A stretch of DNA of 64,000 bases from Candidatus Limnocylindrales bacterium. Its GTDB lineage: Bacteria > Chloroflexota > Limnocylindria > Limnocylindrales > CSP1-4. Under the pieces are notes generated by a model, which was not told the DNA's origin, made no database searches, and saw only the letters and a program-made list of their open reading frames with translations. Each line of letters opens with the position of its first letter. Position 1 is the stretch's first letter. Location of the stretch: assembly GCA_035693125.1 (NCBI GenBank), contig DASSHB010000133.1, positions 11,270-75,269 on the forward strand, written 5' to 3'. Of the stretch, positions 8,675 to 16,519 are shown in pieces. Position numbers and translations under genes: made by a program.

Positions 8675-9334
8675 TCAGCGACGCCGGGTGATCTTCCTGC
8701 GAGCCCCGGCCACGAGCGTGCCGAGCCCGAGCGGAAGGACGAACACGATCCCATTCCGGCCGTTGCCCTTCCCCGTTCCGTCGGAGCAGGGACGCGTGGG
8801 AGGCGGAAGTGACTTGTGATGGCCTGGCGGGCCGCTCCCATCACCCGGGCAGGGCGGCCGCGGCTTCGTCACGTGCTCCACCGGGGCCGGAGTCGGGGTC
8901 GGCCGCGGCGTTGGCCGGGTCGTCGGTCGAGGCGTGGGCCGGGGCGACGCGACCGGTCCTTCCGTCGGCGTGGCCGTGGGCACCGGGGGCCGGATGACCG
9001 GCTCGGGCGTCGGGGTGGGGCCCTGCGCGATCGTCGGCGCCGACGGCGTCGGGGAGACGATCGGCTCGGCCGATGGTCCGGTCGAGGGCTCGCCCGACGG
9101 CGGGCTCGAGACCGACGGCTGCGACGAGGCTTCCGTGGACGCGCTCGGTGCCGGCTTCGAGGGCACTGGGGACGCGGGCGGGGCTTCGACCGTCGGGCTC
9201 GCCGAGGCGCGGGCGATGTCCTTGGGCGGGGTCGCAAGGGGAGCGACAGCGCCGGCGGTCAGCGCGACGGTCGCGAGGATGAGGTTCAAGACCCCCATGG
9301 CGACGACCAGGCGCGCGCGCTGAATCGCTGTCAC
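8675..9334 (-). CDS. Pro/Thr/Ser-rich secreted or cell-surface protein with a C-terminal TM helix plus basic tail
   Basis: N-terminal signal anchor 'LVVAMGVLNLILATVALTAGAV', a long PT-rich spacer, and C-terminus 'GNGRNGIVFVLPLGLGTLVAGARRKITRRR'. The GTG start at 9334 overlaps the thpR stop (GTGA). Confidence 0.6.
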   Translation of the reverse strand: MTAIQRARLVVAMGVLNLILATVALTAGAVAPLATPPKDIARASASPTVEAPPASPVPSKPAPSASTEASSQPSVSSPPSGEPSTGPSAEPIVSPTPSAPTIAQGPTPTPEPVIRPPVPTATPTEGPVASPRPTPRPTTRPTPRPTPTPAPVEHVTKPRPPCPGDGSGPPGHHKSLPPPTRPCSDGTGKGNGRNGIVFVLPLGLGTLVAGARRKITRRR

Positions 9335-9987
9335 GACGTGTTTGGGGCTCCCTGGCGGTGCTCGCGGAGTCCGACCCGCGGACGGCGAGATGGTAGCACC
9401 GCCTCGTCACCACCGAGTGTTGCCTCGGCCCGTGAGACGTAGCGCGCCCGGCCGCCACCGGTCACGCTCTCGTACAGGACGAGGCGGTCTGCGACGCATG
9501 TGAGATCGAGCTCGGCCGCCGCGGCGCGCAGGGCCGCCGCGGTCTGCGATCCCACCCGGACGCCGTCCGCGCGGGCCAACGTGAGATGTGCCCGGAAGGG
9601 ACGGTCGGAGCGCGGCCAGCCGGCGGGCTCCAGGCGCTCGTCGAGGGCGCCGGCAAGGGCTGCCAGGGCCTCGCCGCCGGCGTGGATCGCCAGCCACAGC
9701 GTCCGAGGGCGCCCAGCGGCCGGGAAGGCGCCTGCGCCGTGGATCCGCAGCTCGAATGGCGCGCCATCGGCCGCCGCCTCGCGCACGGCGGACGCGACGG
9801 CGTCCACCCGATCCTCGGTGGTCGGGCCCAGGAAGCGGAGGGTGACATGGAGGCCGTCGAGCCGGACCCAGCGAACGCCCTTGCCGGGCGGCTCGCCCGC
9901 CCGGATCGTCTCGACGATCGCCGCGATCGCGGCGCGCGCCTCCTCCTGGATCGGAACGGCGACGAACAGGCGCGGCTCGGCGATCAA
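9331..9987 (-). CDS. thpR: RNA 2',3'-cyclic phosphodiesterase (2H phosphoesterase, LigT/ThpR family)
   Basis: Two HxT/S motifs, 'HVTLRFLG' and 'HLTLAR'. The TTG start at 9987 overlaps the ppa stop (TTGA). The track ORF 9331..10650 is over-extended. Confidence 0.8.
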   Translation of the reverse strand: MIAEPRLFVAVPIQEEARAAIAAIVETIRAGEPPGKGVRWVRLDGLHVTLRFLGPTTEDRVDAVASAVREAAADGAPFELRIHGAGAFPAAGRPRTLWLAIHAGGEALAALAGALDERLEPAGWPRSDRPFRAHLTLARADGVRVGSQTAAALRAAAAELDLTCVADRLVLYESVTGGGRARYVSRAEATLGGDEAVLPSRRPRVGLREHRQGAPNTS

Positions 9988-10517
9988 GGGCTCGACGGAG
10001 CCGATCGCCGCGGCTCGGCGTCCCAGCGCGCCCGATCGTTCGCCAGGACGGCCCGCGCCCGCGCGGCATCGCGCCAGCCGACGACGTCCGTGGCCTTGGC
10101 CTCGAGGTCCTTGTAGGTCGTGAAGAAATGCTCGATCTCGACGAGACGGTGGGGCCGGACGTTGTCGAGGTCCTCGACATGGGCCTGGTGCGGATCGGCG
10201 ACCGCCACGCACAGGACCTTGAAGTCCTCGCCCTTGTCGTCGCGCATCTCCAGCCCGCCGATCGGCCGGGCCCAGACCCGGCAGCCCGGGAAGGTCGGCT
10301 CGTCGATCAGCAGGAGGGCGTCCGTATGGTCGCCGTCGCCGGCTCGCGTCCCCGAGATGAAGCCGTAATCGAAGTTGTAGTGGACCGCCGAGAAGAGGAC
10401 CCGGTCGAGCCGGAACACGCCGGCGTCCTCGTCCCACTCGTATTTGTTCCGGCTGCCGCGCGGGATCTCGACGACGACCTCGACGACGGCCGGAAACTCG
10501 TCCTGGGCGGGGCTCAT
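9984..10517 (-). CDS. ppa: inorganic pyrophosphatase (family I)
   Basis: 'EIPRGSRNKYEWD', 'YNFDYGFI', 'DGDHTDALLL' and 'DDKGEDFKVLCV' are family I PPase signatures. The start is ATG at 10517 ('MSPAQDEF'). Confidence 0.9.
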   Translation of the reverse strand: MSPAQDEFPAVVEVVVEIPRGSRNKYEWDEDAGVFRLDRVLFSAVHYNFDYGFISGTRAGDGDHTDALLLIDEPTFPGCRVWARPIGGLEMRDDKGEDFKVLCVAVADPHQAHVEDLDNVRPHRLVEIEHFFTTYKDLEAKATDVVGWRDAARARAVLANDRARWDAEPRRSAPSSP

Positions 10518-10792
10518 GCCCCGAGTGTACGGAGGTTCCGCTCGGATCGCCGTGGGCCTCGCCGGTGCGCGGGTGGTCTGGACCGCCCGCCGCGTCCTGG
10601 GAGCCGGCCCTGGATGCGGGCACATCGCGAGCGCGGCGTGGAGCGCGCACGAAAACGCCCGAAGGAACCGATCGCCTGCGGTGTCAACCTGCGAGCAACG
10701 CAGCCTTGATGTGATCTCGGCCGGTCAACCCGCGGATCGGCGATCCAGCCGGGACGCACCTTGCGGCTCGTCCGACCGGACCGGCGGCGCTG

Positions 10793-11042
10793 CGTGGATC
10801 ACTCCTCGCGTCACCTGTCCGCTTGCGCTTGGCCCCTTCGGGCAAGACCAACATTAGGTCGGCGGCGCAGGGGCCACAACGGCCTTATCCACGAATGTTG
10901 CAGATCCATCGCATCGGTCATCCACGAATCCCCGGCCCCTGTGGACGGAATGTGGGAAACCGAGCGGCGCGGGTGTGCTACGCCGGGCCAAGGCCCCGGC
11001 CGGGAATCAAAACGGCCCGGCGGATGCCGGGCCGTCCACGAA
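10793..11042. promoter_or_regulatory. Cluster of DnaA-box-like / TCCACGAA repeat motifs in a long intergenic region
   Basis: Boxes seen: TTATCCACG (10885-10893, +), TCATCCACG (10918-10926, +), CCGTCCACG (11032-11040, +), CCGTCCACA (10940-10948, -) and TGATCCACG (10793-10801, -). The 8-mer TCCACGAA occurs three times. The region is visibly less GC-rich than its flanks. Confidence 0.4.
11005..11034 (-). terminator. Rho-independent terminator of the DnaB-like gene
   Basis: On the minus strand there is a 9-bp GC stem 'cggcccggc' / 'gccgggccg' with a 4-nt loop, followed by 'TTTTGATT'. It begins 21 nt after the stop at 11056. Confidence 0.7.
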
Positions 11043-11055
11043 CCGTGATCGGCGC

Positions 11056-12126
11056 TCAATCGTTGTAGAGGCGCTCCTCGATGAGCTTCTCCTGGACCGT
11101 CCGTCCGTTGGGGTCGAAACAGGAGAACTCGAAGTGCTTCTCGAACTCGAGGTCGACGTTGTCCTGGCCGCCGCGGTTCTTCTCGACCGAGATGATCACC
11201 CAGTCCCGGAAGCGCTGCGCCTGGTACGGGTTGAACTCGATGTTGACCTTGGCGACGATGTGGTACTTCTCGTTGAGGATCAGGATGATGTCGGCCTCGT
11301 AGTTGATCGCCGACGAGCCGCGCAGGTGGAAGTTCCGGAGGCGCGAGGCCTTCAGTCCCTCCTTGTCCGCCGCGACGATGCTGATCATCGGGACGTCCTC
11401 GCTCAACGCGATGTCCTTCAGTCCGTTGACGACGTACGTGACCTTCTCGGTCTCGGTGTCCGGCTCGGGGATCTGCGGCACCTTCTGGAGGTAGTCGACG
11501 AAGACCACGAGGCGCCGGTCGCCGCTCAGCTGGCGGTGCTGCTGGACGAGCTTGCGGATGTTGTCGACCGTCGAGGCGGTCTGCGAGCCGCGGAGCAGGA
11601 ACAGGTTCTGGCCGTAGCGGGCGATCCGGTCGAGCGACGGCCGGAGCCGCGGATTCGAGGCCAGCTGGGCCGCTCCCCCACCCTCGGCCATCCACGTCCC
11701 GAGGATCTCCTTGCGGACATCCTGGATCTTGATCGCGCCCGTCTTGTGGGGCAGATGAGCGAGCGCCGACTCCATCGCGATCAGGCGGTTCAGGAGGTAC
11801 TGCTCATCGTGCTCGAAGCAGATGTAGAGGACGTTCGCCTGTCCGCCGGAGGCGATGTTCCGCGCCATCTGGAGGGCCATCGTCGTCTTGCCGGTGCCCT
11901 GGGCGCCGCCGATCAGGAGGAGCTCACCGGCCCGCAGGCCCGTGCCGATCGTCTTGTCGAGCGGGGTGAAGCCGAGCGGGACGGGCTGGTATTCGCCGAC
12001 CTTGCCGCTCGTGACCTTGTCGTTCAGGTCGACGAGGACGTCGAGGGCGGAGCGCGGCGCCATGCTGCCGGTCTCGGCATCGAGCCGCCACTGCTGGGGG
12101 GCCCTCGGTTCGGCGGTTTCGGTCAC
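11056..12126 (-). CDS. DnaB-helicase C-terminal-domain-like RecA-superfamily ATPase (no DnaB N-terminal domain)
   Basis: 'GFTPLDKTIGTGLRAGELLLIGGAQGTGKTT' (Walker A), 'LVVFVDYLQK' (Walker B) and 'HLRGSSAINYEADIILIL'. Only about 60 aa precede the ATPase core. GTG start with GGGAGGA upstream. Confidence 0.8.
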   Translation of the reverse strand: MTETAEPRAPQQWRLDAETGSMAPRSALDVLVDLNDKVTSGKVGEYQPVPLGFTPLDKTIGTGLRAGELLLIGGAQGTGKTTMALQMARNIASGGQANVLYICFEHDEQYLLNRLIAMESALAHLPHKTGAIKIQDVRKEILGTWMAEGGGAAQLASNPRLRPSLDRIARYGQNLFLLRGSQTASTVDNIRKLVQQHRQLSGDRRLVVFVDYLQKVPQIPEPDTETEKVTYVVNGLKDIALSEDVPMISIVAADKEGLKASRLRNFHLRGSSAINYEADIILILNEKYHIVAKVNIEFNPYQAQRFRDWVIISVEKNRGGQDNVDLEFEKHFEFSCFDPNGRTVQEKLIEERLYND

Positions 12127-12265
12127 GCTCGCTCGTCCTCCCGGTCACGAAGTCGGGTTGCATCGTAGCACCGCGCTCCAGCCGGTCAGCCGCCCGGATG
12201 CCGAGAATCCGTAGGCCGAAGGTCCTGCCCGCGGGCGTCGCGCGGGCGTTCGTCGGGACGCCGAA

Positions 12266-13681
12266 TCAGACCCGCAGCAATTCGGGCTCGAGGCCCGCGA
12301 TCTCGTCCCACATCCGGGCGATCGCGCGGATCGACGTCTCGTAATTGCGGAGGTCGTTCCACTCGTTCGGGGCGTGGGCGCCATCCTCGGGCGGGACGAA
12401 TCCCATGAGCACGACGGACTGGCCGAGGATCCGCTGGAAGCTGGCGCAGATCGGGATCGAGCCGCCCTCGCGGACGTACACGGGCGCCCGTCCGAACGTC
12501 GCCTCGAGCGCTCGCGCAGCCGCCTGCGTGGCCGGATGGTCGACGGGCGTGTGGAGCGGCATCCCGTGGCCGAGCTCCTGGGTCTCGACGCGTACGCCCT
12601 TCGGCGCCACCGCGACGACGAAGTCCCGGAGCGCCTGGGAGATCTTCACCGGGTCCTGGTTCGCGACGAGCCGGCAGCTGATCTTCGCGTGGGCGTGGGC
12701 CGGGATGATCGTCTTGCTCCCCTCGCCCTGGAAGCCGCCCCAGATGCCATTGACGTCGAGCGTGGGCCGGGCGCCGCGGCGCTCGAGGGTCGAGTACCCG
12801 GCCTCACCGTGGAGCTCGGGCAGCCCGAGCCGGCCGAGGTAGGCGTCCTCGTCGAAGGGGAGGTCGGCGATGCTCCGGCGCTCGTCCGCGCCCAGCTCGA
12901 CCACGTCGTCGTAGAACCCGGGAACGAGGATCCGGCCCTCGTCATCCTTGAGCGCCGCGATGATCCGGGCGAGGGCATTGGCCGGATTCTCGACCGTTCC
13001 CCCGTAGCCGCCGGAGTGGAGGTCGAGCTTCGTGCCGATGACGTCGACCTGGATGTAGACAAGGCCGCGGAGCGCAATCGTGATCGACGGGATGTTGCCG
13101 GTGAAGAAGCCGGTGTCGCTGATCAGGGCGAAGTCTGCGGCGAGGCGCTCGCGGTTCGCGGTCAGCCAGTCGTCGAGGTGGAGGCTGCTCGATTCCTCCT
13201 CGCCCTCGAAGCAGATCTTCAGGTTGACCGGCAGCTCGTCGCGCGTGGCGAGGAGCGCCTCGATTGCCCGGAGATGGGCGTGGAGCTGGCCCTTGTCGTC
13301 CGACACGCCGCGACCCAGGATCCGGTGACCATCGACGATCGGCTCGAACGGGGGCGAGGTCCACAGATCGAGCGGGTCCACGGGCTGGACGTCGTAATGG
13401 CAGTAGACGAGGACCGTCGGCCTGCCCGGCGCATGGAGCCAGTCGGCGTAGACGATCGGATGGCCGCCGGTCTCGGACGCCTCGGCGTGCTCCATCCCGA
13501 TCCGGGTCAGGTCCTCGACGATCCACTCGGCGGTCCGCCGGCAATCCGCGGCGTGTTCGCTGAGCGCGGAGATGCTCGGGATCCGGATCAGCTCCTTGTA
13601 CGACTCGAGGCGCTCGTCCGCGTGCTCGTTGAGGTAGGTCTCGAAGGCGGCGTCGGCCGTCGTGGGCTCGGTCATCGTCAT
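12266..13681 (-). CDS. M20-family dipeptidase / metallopeptidase
   Basis: 'VLVYCHYDVQP', 'GRGVSDDKG' and 'FEGEEESSS' are M20 metal-ligand motifs. At 471 aa it matches the dimerisation-domain type. Confidence 0.85.
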   Translation of the reverse strand: MTMTEPTTADAAFETYLNEHADERLESYKELIRIPSISALSEHAADCRRTAEWIVEDLTRIGMEHAEASETGGHPIVYADWLHAPGRPTVLVYCHYDVQPVDPLDLWTSPPFEPIVDGHRILGRGVSDDKGQLHAHLRAIEALLATRDELPVNLKICFEGEEESSSLHLDDWLTANRERLAADFALISDTGFFTGNIPSITIALRGLVYIQVDVIGTKLDLHSGGYGGTVENPANALARIIAALKDDEGRILVPGFYDDVVELGADERRSIADLPFDEDAYLGRLGLPELHGEAGYSTLERRGARPTLDVNGIWGGFQGEGSKTIIPAHAHAKISCRLVANQDPVKISQALRDFVVAVAPKGVRVETQELGHGMPLHTPVDHPATQAAARALEATFGRAPVYVREGGSIPICASFQRILGQSVVLMGFVPPEDGAHAPNEWNDLRNYETSIRAIARMWDEIAGLEPELLRV

Positions 13682-13731
13682 GGGCCCGATGGTAGCGGGA
13701 TCGCCCCGCGTCGGGGCCTCTGGACATGGAA

Positions 13732-13758
13732 CGACCCCGGGTCGGTGACCCGGGGTCG
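13732..13758 (-). terminator. GC hairpin downstream of ftsH (putative terminator)
   Basis: 'cgaccccgggtc' - ggt - 'gacccggggtcg' forms a 12-bp perfect inverted repeat, 20 nt after the ftsH stop. Only a weak T-tract follows on either strand. Confidence 0.5.
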
Positions 13759-13777
13759 AGCCGTTTGTGCCTGCGAC

Positions 13778-15700
13778 CTACGCCGGCGACGGCGTCGGTG
13801 CGGGCTGCGCGCCGGGGGTGGGCTGGTTCGGCCCCACGACCTCGGGCGGGGACTCGCGGAGCGGCCGCTTGGGCGGCTGATCGCTGAAGAGCTTCTCGAA
13901 CTCCTCGGAGTCGACCGTCTCCTCGGCGACCAGCTTCTCGGCGAGCGCCGTCAGCTTGTCGCGATGGGTGACGAGGACATCCATCGCCCGCTCGTACGCG
14001 TGGTCGATGATCGCCCGGACCTCTTCGTCGATCTGCTTGGCGACTTCGTCGGAATAGTTCCGCTGCTCGCCGATCTCGCGGCCCAGGAAGACGAGCTCGT
14101 CGCGCTTCCCGAACGAGAGGGGCCCGAGCTTGTCGCTCATCCCGAACTCGGTGACCATCCGGCGGGCCAGGTCGGTCGCCTTCTCGATGTCGTTGCTGGC
14201 ACCGGTCGTCGTGTCGCCGAAGATCAGCCGCTCCGAGGCGTTGCCGCCCAGCAAGCCCGCGATCTTGTCCTCGAACTCCGTCTTGGACTGGAGGTAGCGA
14301 TCCTCGGTCGGGAGGGCCATCGTGTAGCCGAGGGCCATGCCGCGGCTGATGATCGTGACCTTGGCGACGGGGTCGCACTTGGGCAGGATCCGCTGGACGA
14401 CGGCGTGGCCGCCCTCGTGGTAGGCGATGATCGCCTTCTCGGCGTCCGAGATGATCCGCGACTTGCGCTCTGGACCGGCGACGATCCGCTCGAGCGCCTC
14501 GGTGAACTCGCCCGTCCCGATCACCTTCTTGTTCCGCCGGGCAGCGAGGATCGCGGCCTCGTTCACGAGGTTCGCCAGGTCGGCCCCCGAGAAGCCGGGC
14601 GACTGGCGGGCGACCGTCTCGACGTCGATCGACTTGTCGAGCGGCTTGCCCTTCGTGTGGACCTTGAGGATGGCGGTCCGGCCCTTCATGTCCGGCCGGT
14701 CGAGGATGACCTGCCGGTCGAACCGGCCCGGCCGAAGGAGGGCCGGGTCGAGGACGTCGGGGCGGTTCGTGGCAGCGACGACGATCACGTTCGTGTTCGT
14801 GTCGAAGCCGTCCATCTCGACGAGGATCTGGTTGAGGGTCTGCTCGCGCTCGTCGTGCGAGCCGCCGAGGCCGGCGCCGCGCTGGCGGCCGACCGCGTCG
14901 ATCTCGTCAACGAAGACGATGCACGGCGAGTTGCGCTTCGCCTGGTCGAACAGGTCGCGGACGCGGCTCGCGCCGACGCCCACGAACATCTCGACGAACT
15001 CGGAGCCCGAGATCGAGAAGAACGGCACGCCGGCCTCGCCGGCGACCGCTCGGGCCATCAGCGTCTTGCCGGTGCCGGGAGGCCCCACGAGCAGGACGCC
15101 GCGCGGGATCCGCGCGCCCAGCGAGTTGAACTTCTCGGGGTACTTCAGGAACTCGACGACTTCCTGGAGCTCGGTCTTCGCCTCGTCGACGCCGGCGACG
15201 TCGGCGAACGTCACCACGGTCTTGTTGCCGAGGAACATCCGGGCCCGGCTCTTGCCGAAGCTGAGGGCCTGGTTATTCGTGCCCTGGGCCTGGCGCATCA
15301 TGAAGAAGATGAAGCCGCCGATGATCAGGATCGGCAGGAGCCCGGTGATCAGGATGCTGATCCAGCCGTTGTCGGGTGCGTCCTTCACGGTCAGGATGTC
15401 GGCGGGGAGCTTGACGTTGCCCTTCTCGGCGTAGGCGGTCATGTCGGGGAGCGCCTGGTTGCCCAGAATGCCCGGCACCACGACGGTGTACTGCGGTTCG
15501 CCGGTCGTCGTCGTCACCGTCAGGGTCGTGCCCTGCTGATCGACGTGCTTGACCTGGCCGGCCTGGACGTTGGCGAGGAACTGGGAGTAGCCGACGCTGA
15601 CCCCGTTCGCCGTGGAGTTGAGAACCGTGATCACGACCGCCAGCGCGACCACGACGAGCAACAGCATCACGATGCCGTTGCGGAAGAACCTGGGATTCAA
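13778..15700 (-). CDS. ftsH: ATP-dependent zinc metalloprotease FtsH
   Basis: Two N-terminal TM helices, AAA 'GPPGTGKT', 'IVFVDEIDA', the SRH region, and zinc site 'HEGGHA'. TTG start at 15700 with GGAGG 5 nt upstream ('MNPRFFRNG'). The track start at 15853 is an over-extension. Confidence 0.95.
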   Translation of the reverse strand: MNPRFFRNGIVMLLLVVVALAVVITVLNSTANGVSVGYSQFLANVQAGQVKHVDQQGTTLTVTTTTGEPQYTVVVPGILGNQALPDMTAYAEKGNVKLPADILTVKDAPDNGWISILITGLLPILIIGGFIFFMMRQAQGTNNQALSFGKSRARMFLGNKTVVTFADVAGVDEAKTELQEVVEFLKYPEKFNSLGARIPRGVLLVGPPGTGKTLMARAVAGEAGVPFFSISGSEFVEMFVGVGASRVRDLFDQAKRNSPCIVFVDEIDAVGRQRGAGLGGSHDEREQTLNQILVEMDGFDTNTNVIVVAATNRPDVLDPALLRPGRFDRQVILDRPDMKGRTAILKVHTKGKPLDKSIDVETVARQSPGFSGADLANLVNEAAILAARRNKKVIGTGEFTEALERIVAGPERKSRIISDAEKAIIAYHEGGHAVVQRILPKCDPVAKVTIISRGMALGYTMALPTEDRYLQSKTEFEDKIAGLLGGNASERLIFGDTTTGASNDIEKATDLARRMVTEFGMSDKLGPLSFGKRDELVFLGREIGEQRNYSDEVAKQIDEEVRAIIDHAYERAMDVLVTHRDKLTALAEKLVAEETVDSEEFEKLFSDQPPKRPLRESPPEVVGPNQPTPGAQPAPTPSPA

Positions 15701-15856
15701 CAGAGCCTCCGGGATCAGTGGCGCCGCAGCGCGGCGTCCAGCGGGCCGAGTATAGCGTCGCATTGTGAGCGTCCCATGAACCGAGGGTCCCGCCCGCGGG
15801 GGCCCCTCCTGCCTGTGGATTCGTTGCAACGCGGGCGTCGGATCGCCGCGCACGCG

Positions 15857-15886
15857 AACGCCCGAGCCGGTGTCGGCTCGGGCGTT
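15857..15886 (-). terminator. 13-bp perfect hairpin immediately 3' of the tRNA
   Basis: 'aacgcccgagccg' - gtgt - 'cggctcgggcgtt', 15 nt downstream of the tRNA 3' end on the minus strand. No U-tract follows. Confidence 0.5.
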
Positions 15887-15900
15887 GGATCAGCGAGTGG

Positions 15901-15975
15901 TGGTAGCGGAGGGCGGATTCGAACCACCGACCAAGGGCTTATGAGTCCCCTGCTCTACCACTGAGCTACTCCGCC
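15901..15975 (-). tRNA. tRNA with CAT anticodon (elongator Met, or Ile2 if lysidine-modified), CCA encoded
   Basis: Minus strand reads GGCGGAGTAGCTCAGTGGTAGAGCAGGGGACTCATAAGCCCTTGGTCGGTGGTTCGAATCCGCCCTCCGCTACCA. It has a 7-bp acceptor stem (G1-U72 wobble), a D arm GCTC/GAGC, anticodon loop CTCATAA, and a T arm GGTGG-TTCGAAT-CCGCC. Confidence 0.9.
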
Positions 15976-16042
15976 GTGGGGGACGGATTGTAGCGTCGGA
16001 GCCGCCTCCGGGGCGAAACGCCGGCCGGCGATCGCCTCGTGG

Positions 16043-16411
16043 TCAGGGCCGGTGGTCGGCGCCCGGGTTGTCGGTGGCGGCGCTCGGCAGCGTCGGCGCG
16101 TGGTCGGCCGCGCCCGACCCGGCGCTGGCCGCGGCGCCCTTCGCCTGGCCGGCGGCCTTCGCGGCGACCGCGGTCGCGAGGCCCTTGGCCGCGTGCTCGT
16201 TCGCCTTCGTGAGCGCAAGATCGAGCCCGGTGAGATCGAGCGTCCCGGCCGCCGCCGCATGCTGGACGCTCGACCCGAGCGCGCTGATCACGGCCTCTAC
16301 GGCGGCCATCGACTGGCTCGAGCCCCCCGGCGACGCATGCGTTTGGGCTCCGGCCAGCCCCCCGGCGGTGACGCCGAGGGCGACGAGCAGGCGCGCGATC
16401 AATTCCAGCAT
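16043..16411 (-). CDS. small Ala-rich secreted protein (hypothetical)
   Basis: Signal peptide 'MLELIARLLVALGVTAGGLAGA', and AGGAGG sits 6 nt upstream of the ATG. I recognise no domain. Confidence 0.6.
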   Translation of the reverse strand: MLELIARLLVALGVTAGGLAGAQTHASPGGSSQSMAAVEAVISALGSSVQHAAAAGTLDLTGLDLALTKANEHAAKGLATAVAAKAAGQAKGAAASAGSGAADHAPTLPSAATDNPGADHRP

Positions 16412-16519
16412 CGATACCTCCTGTGATCCAGGAAGGACAACGAGCGAGCGGCAATGGCGTTCGGGTGGATCGCTCGCTGCAACGTCGTTGCAAGCCCCGC
16501 CGACGGGTGAGACGCGCGC

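Noticed and set aside
10518-11055. Calling the DnaA-box-like cluster the chromosomal origin (oriC)
   Set aside because: Genes on both sides are co-oriented on the minus strand, there is no dnaA, dnaN or obvious AT-rich unwinding element, and several boxes have 2-3 mismatches. It is kept as a finding but not annotated as oriC.
12374-15964. A 1196-aa plus-strand ORF, the longest in the track
   Set aside because: It is antisense to the M20 dipeptidase and ftsH, whose products carry unmistakable motifs. It also runs straight through two intergenic hairpins and the tRNA. Its product is Arg/Asp/Gly/Val-rich low-complexity sequence with no motif, which marks it as a high-GC shadow ORF.
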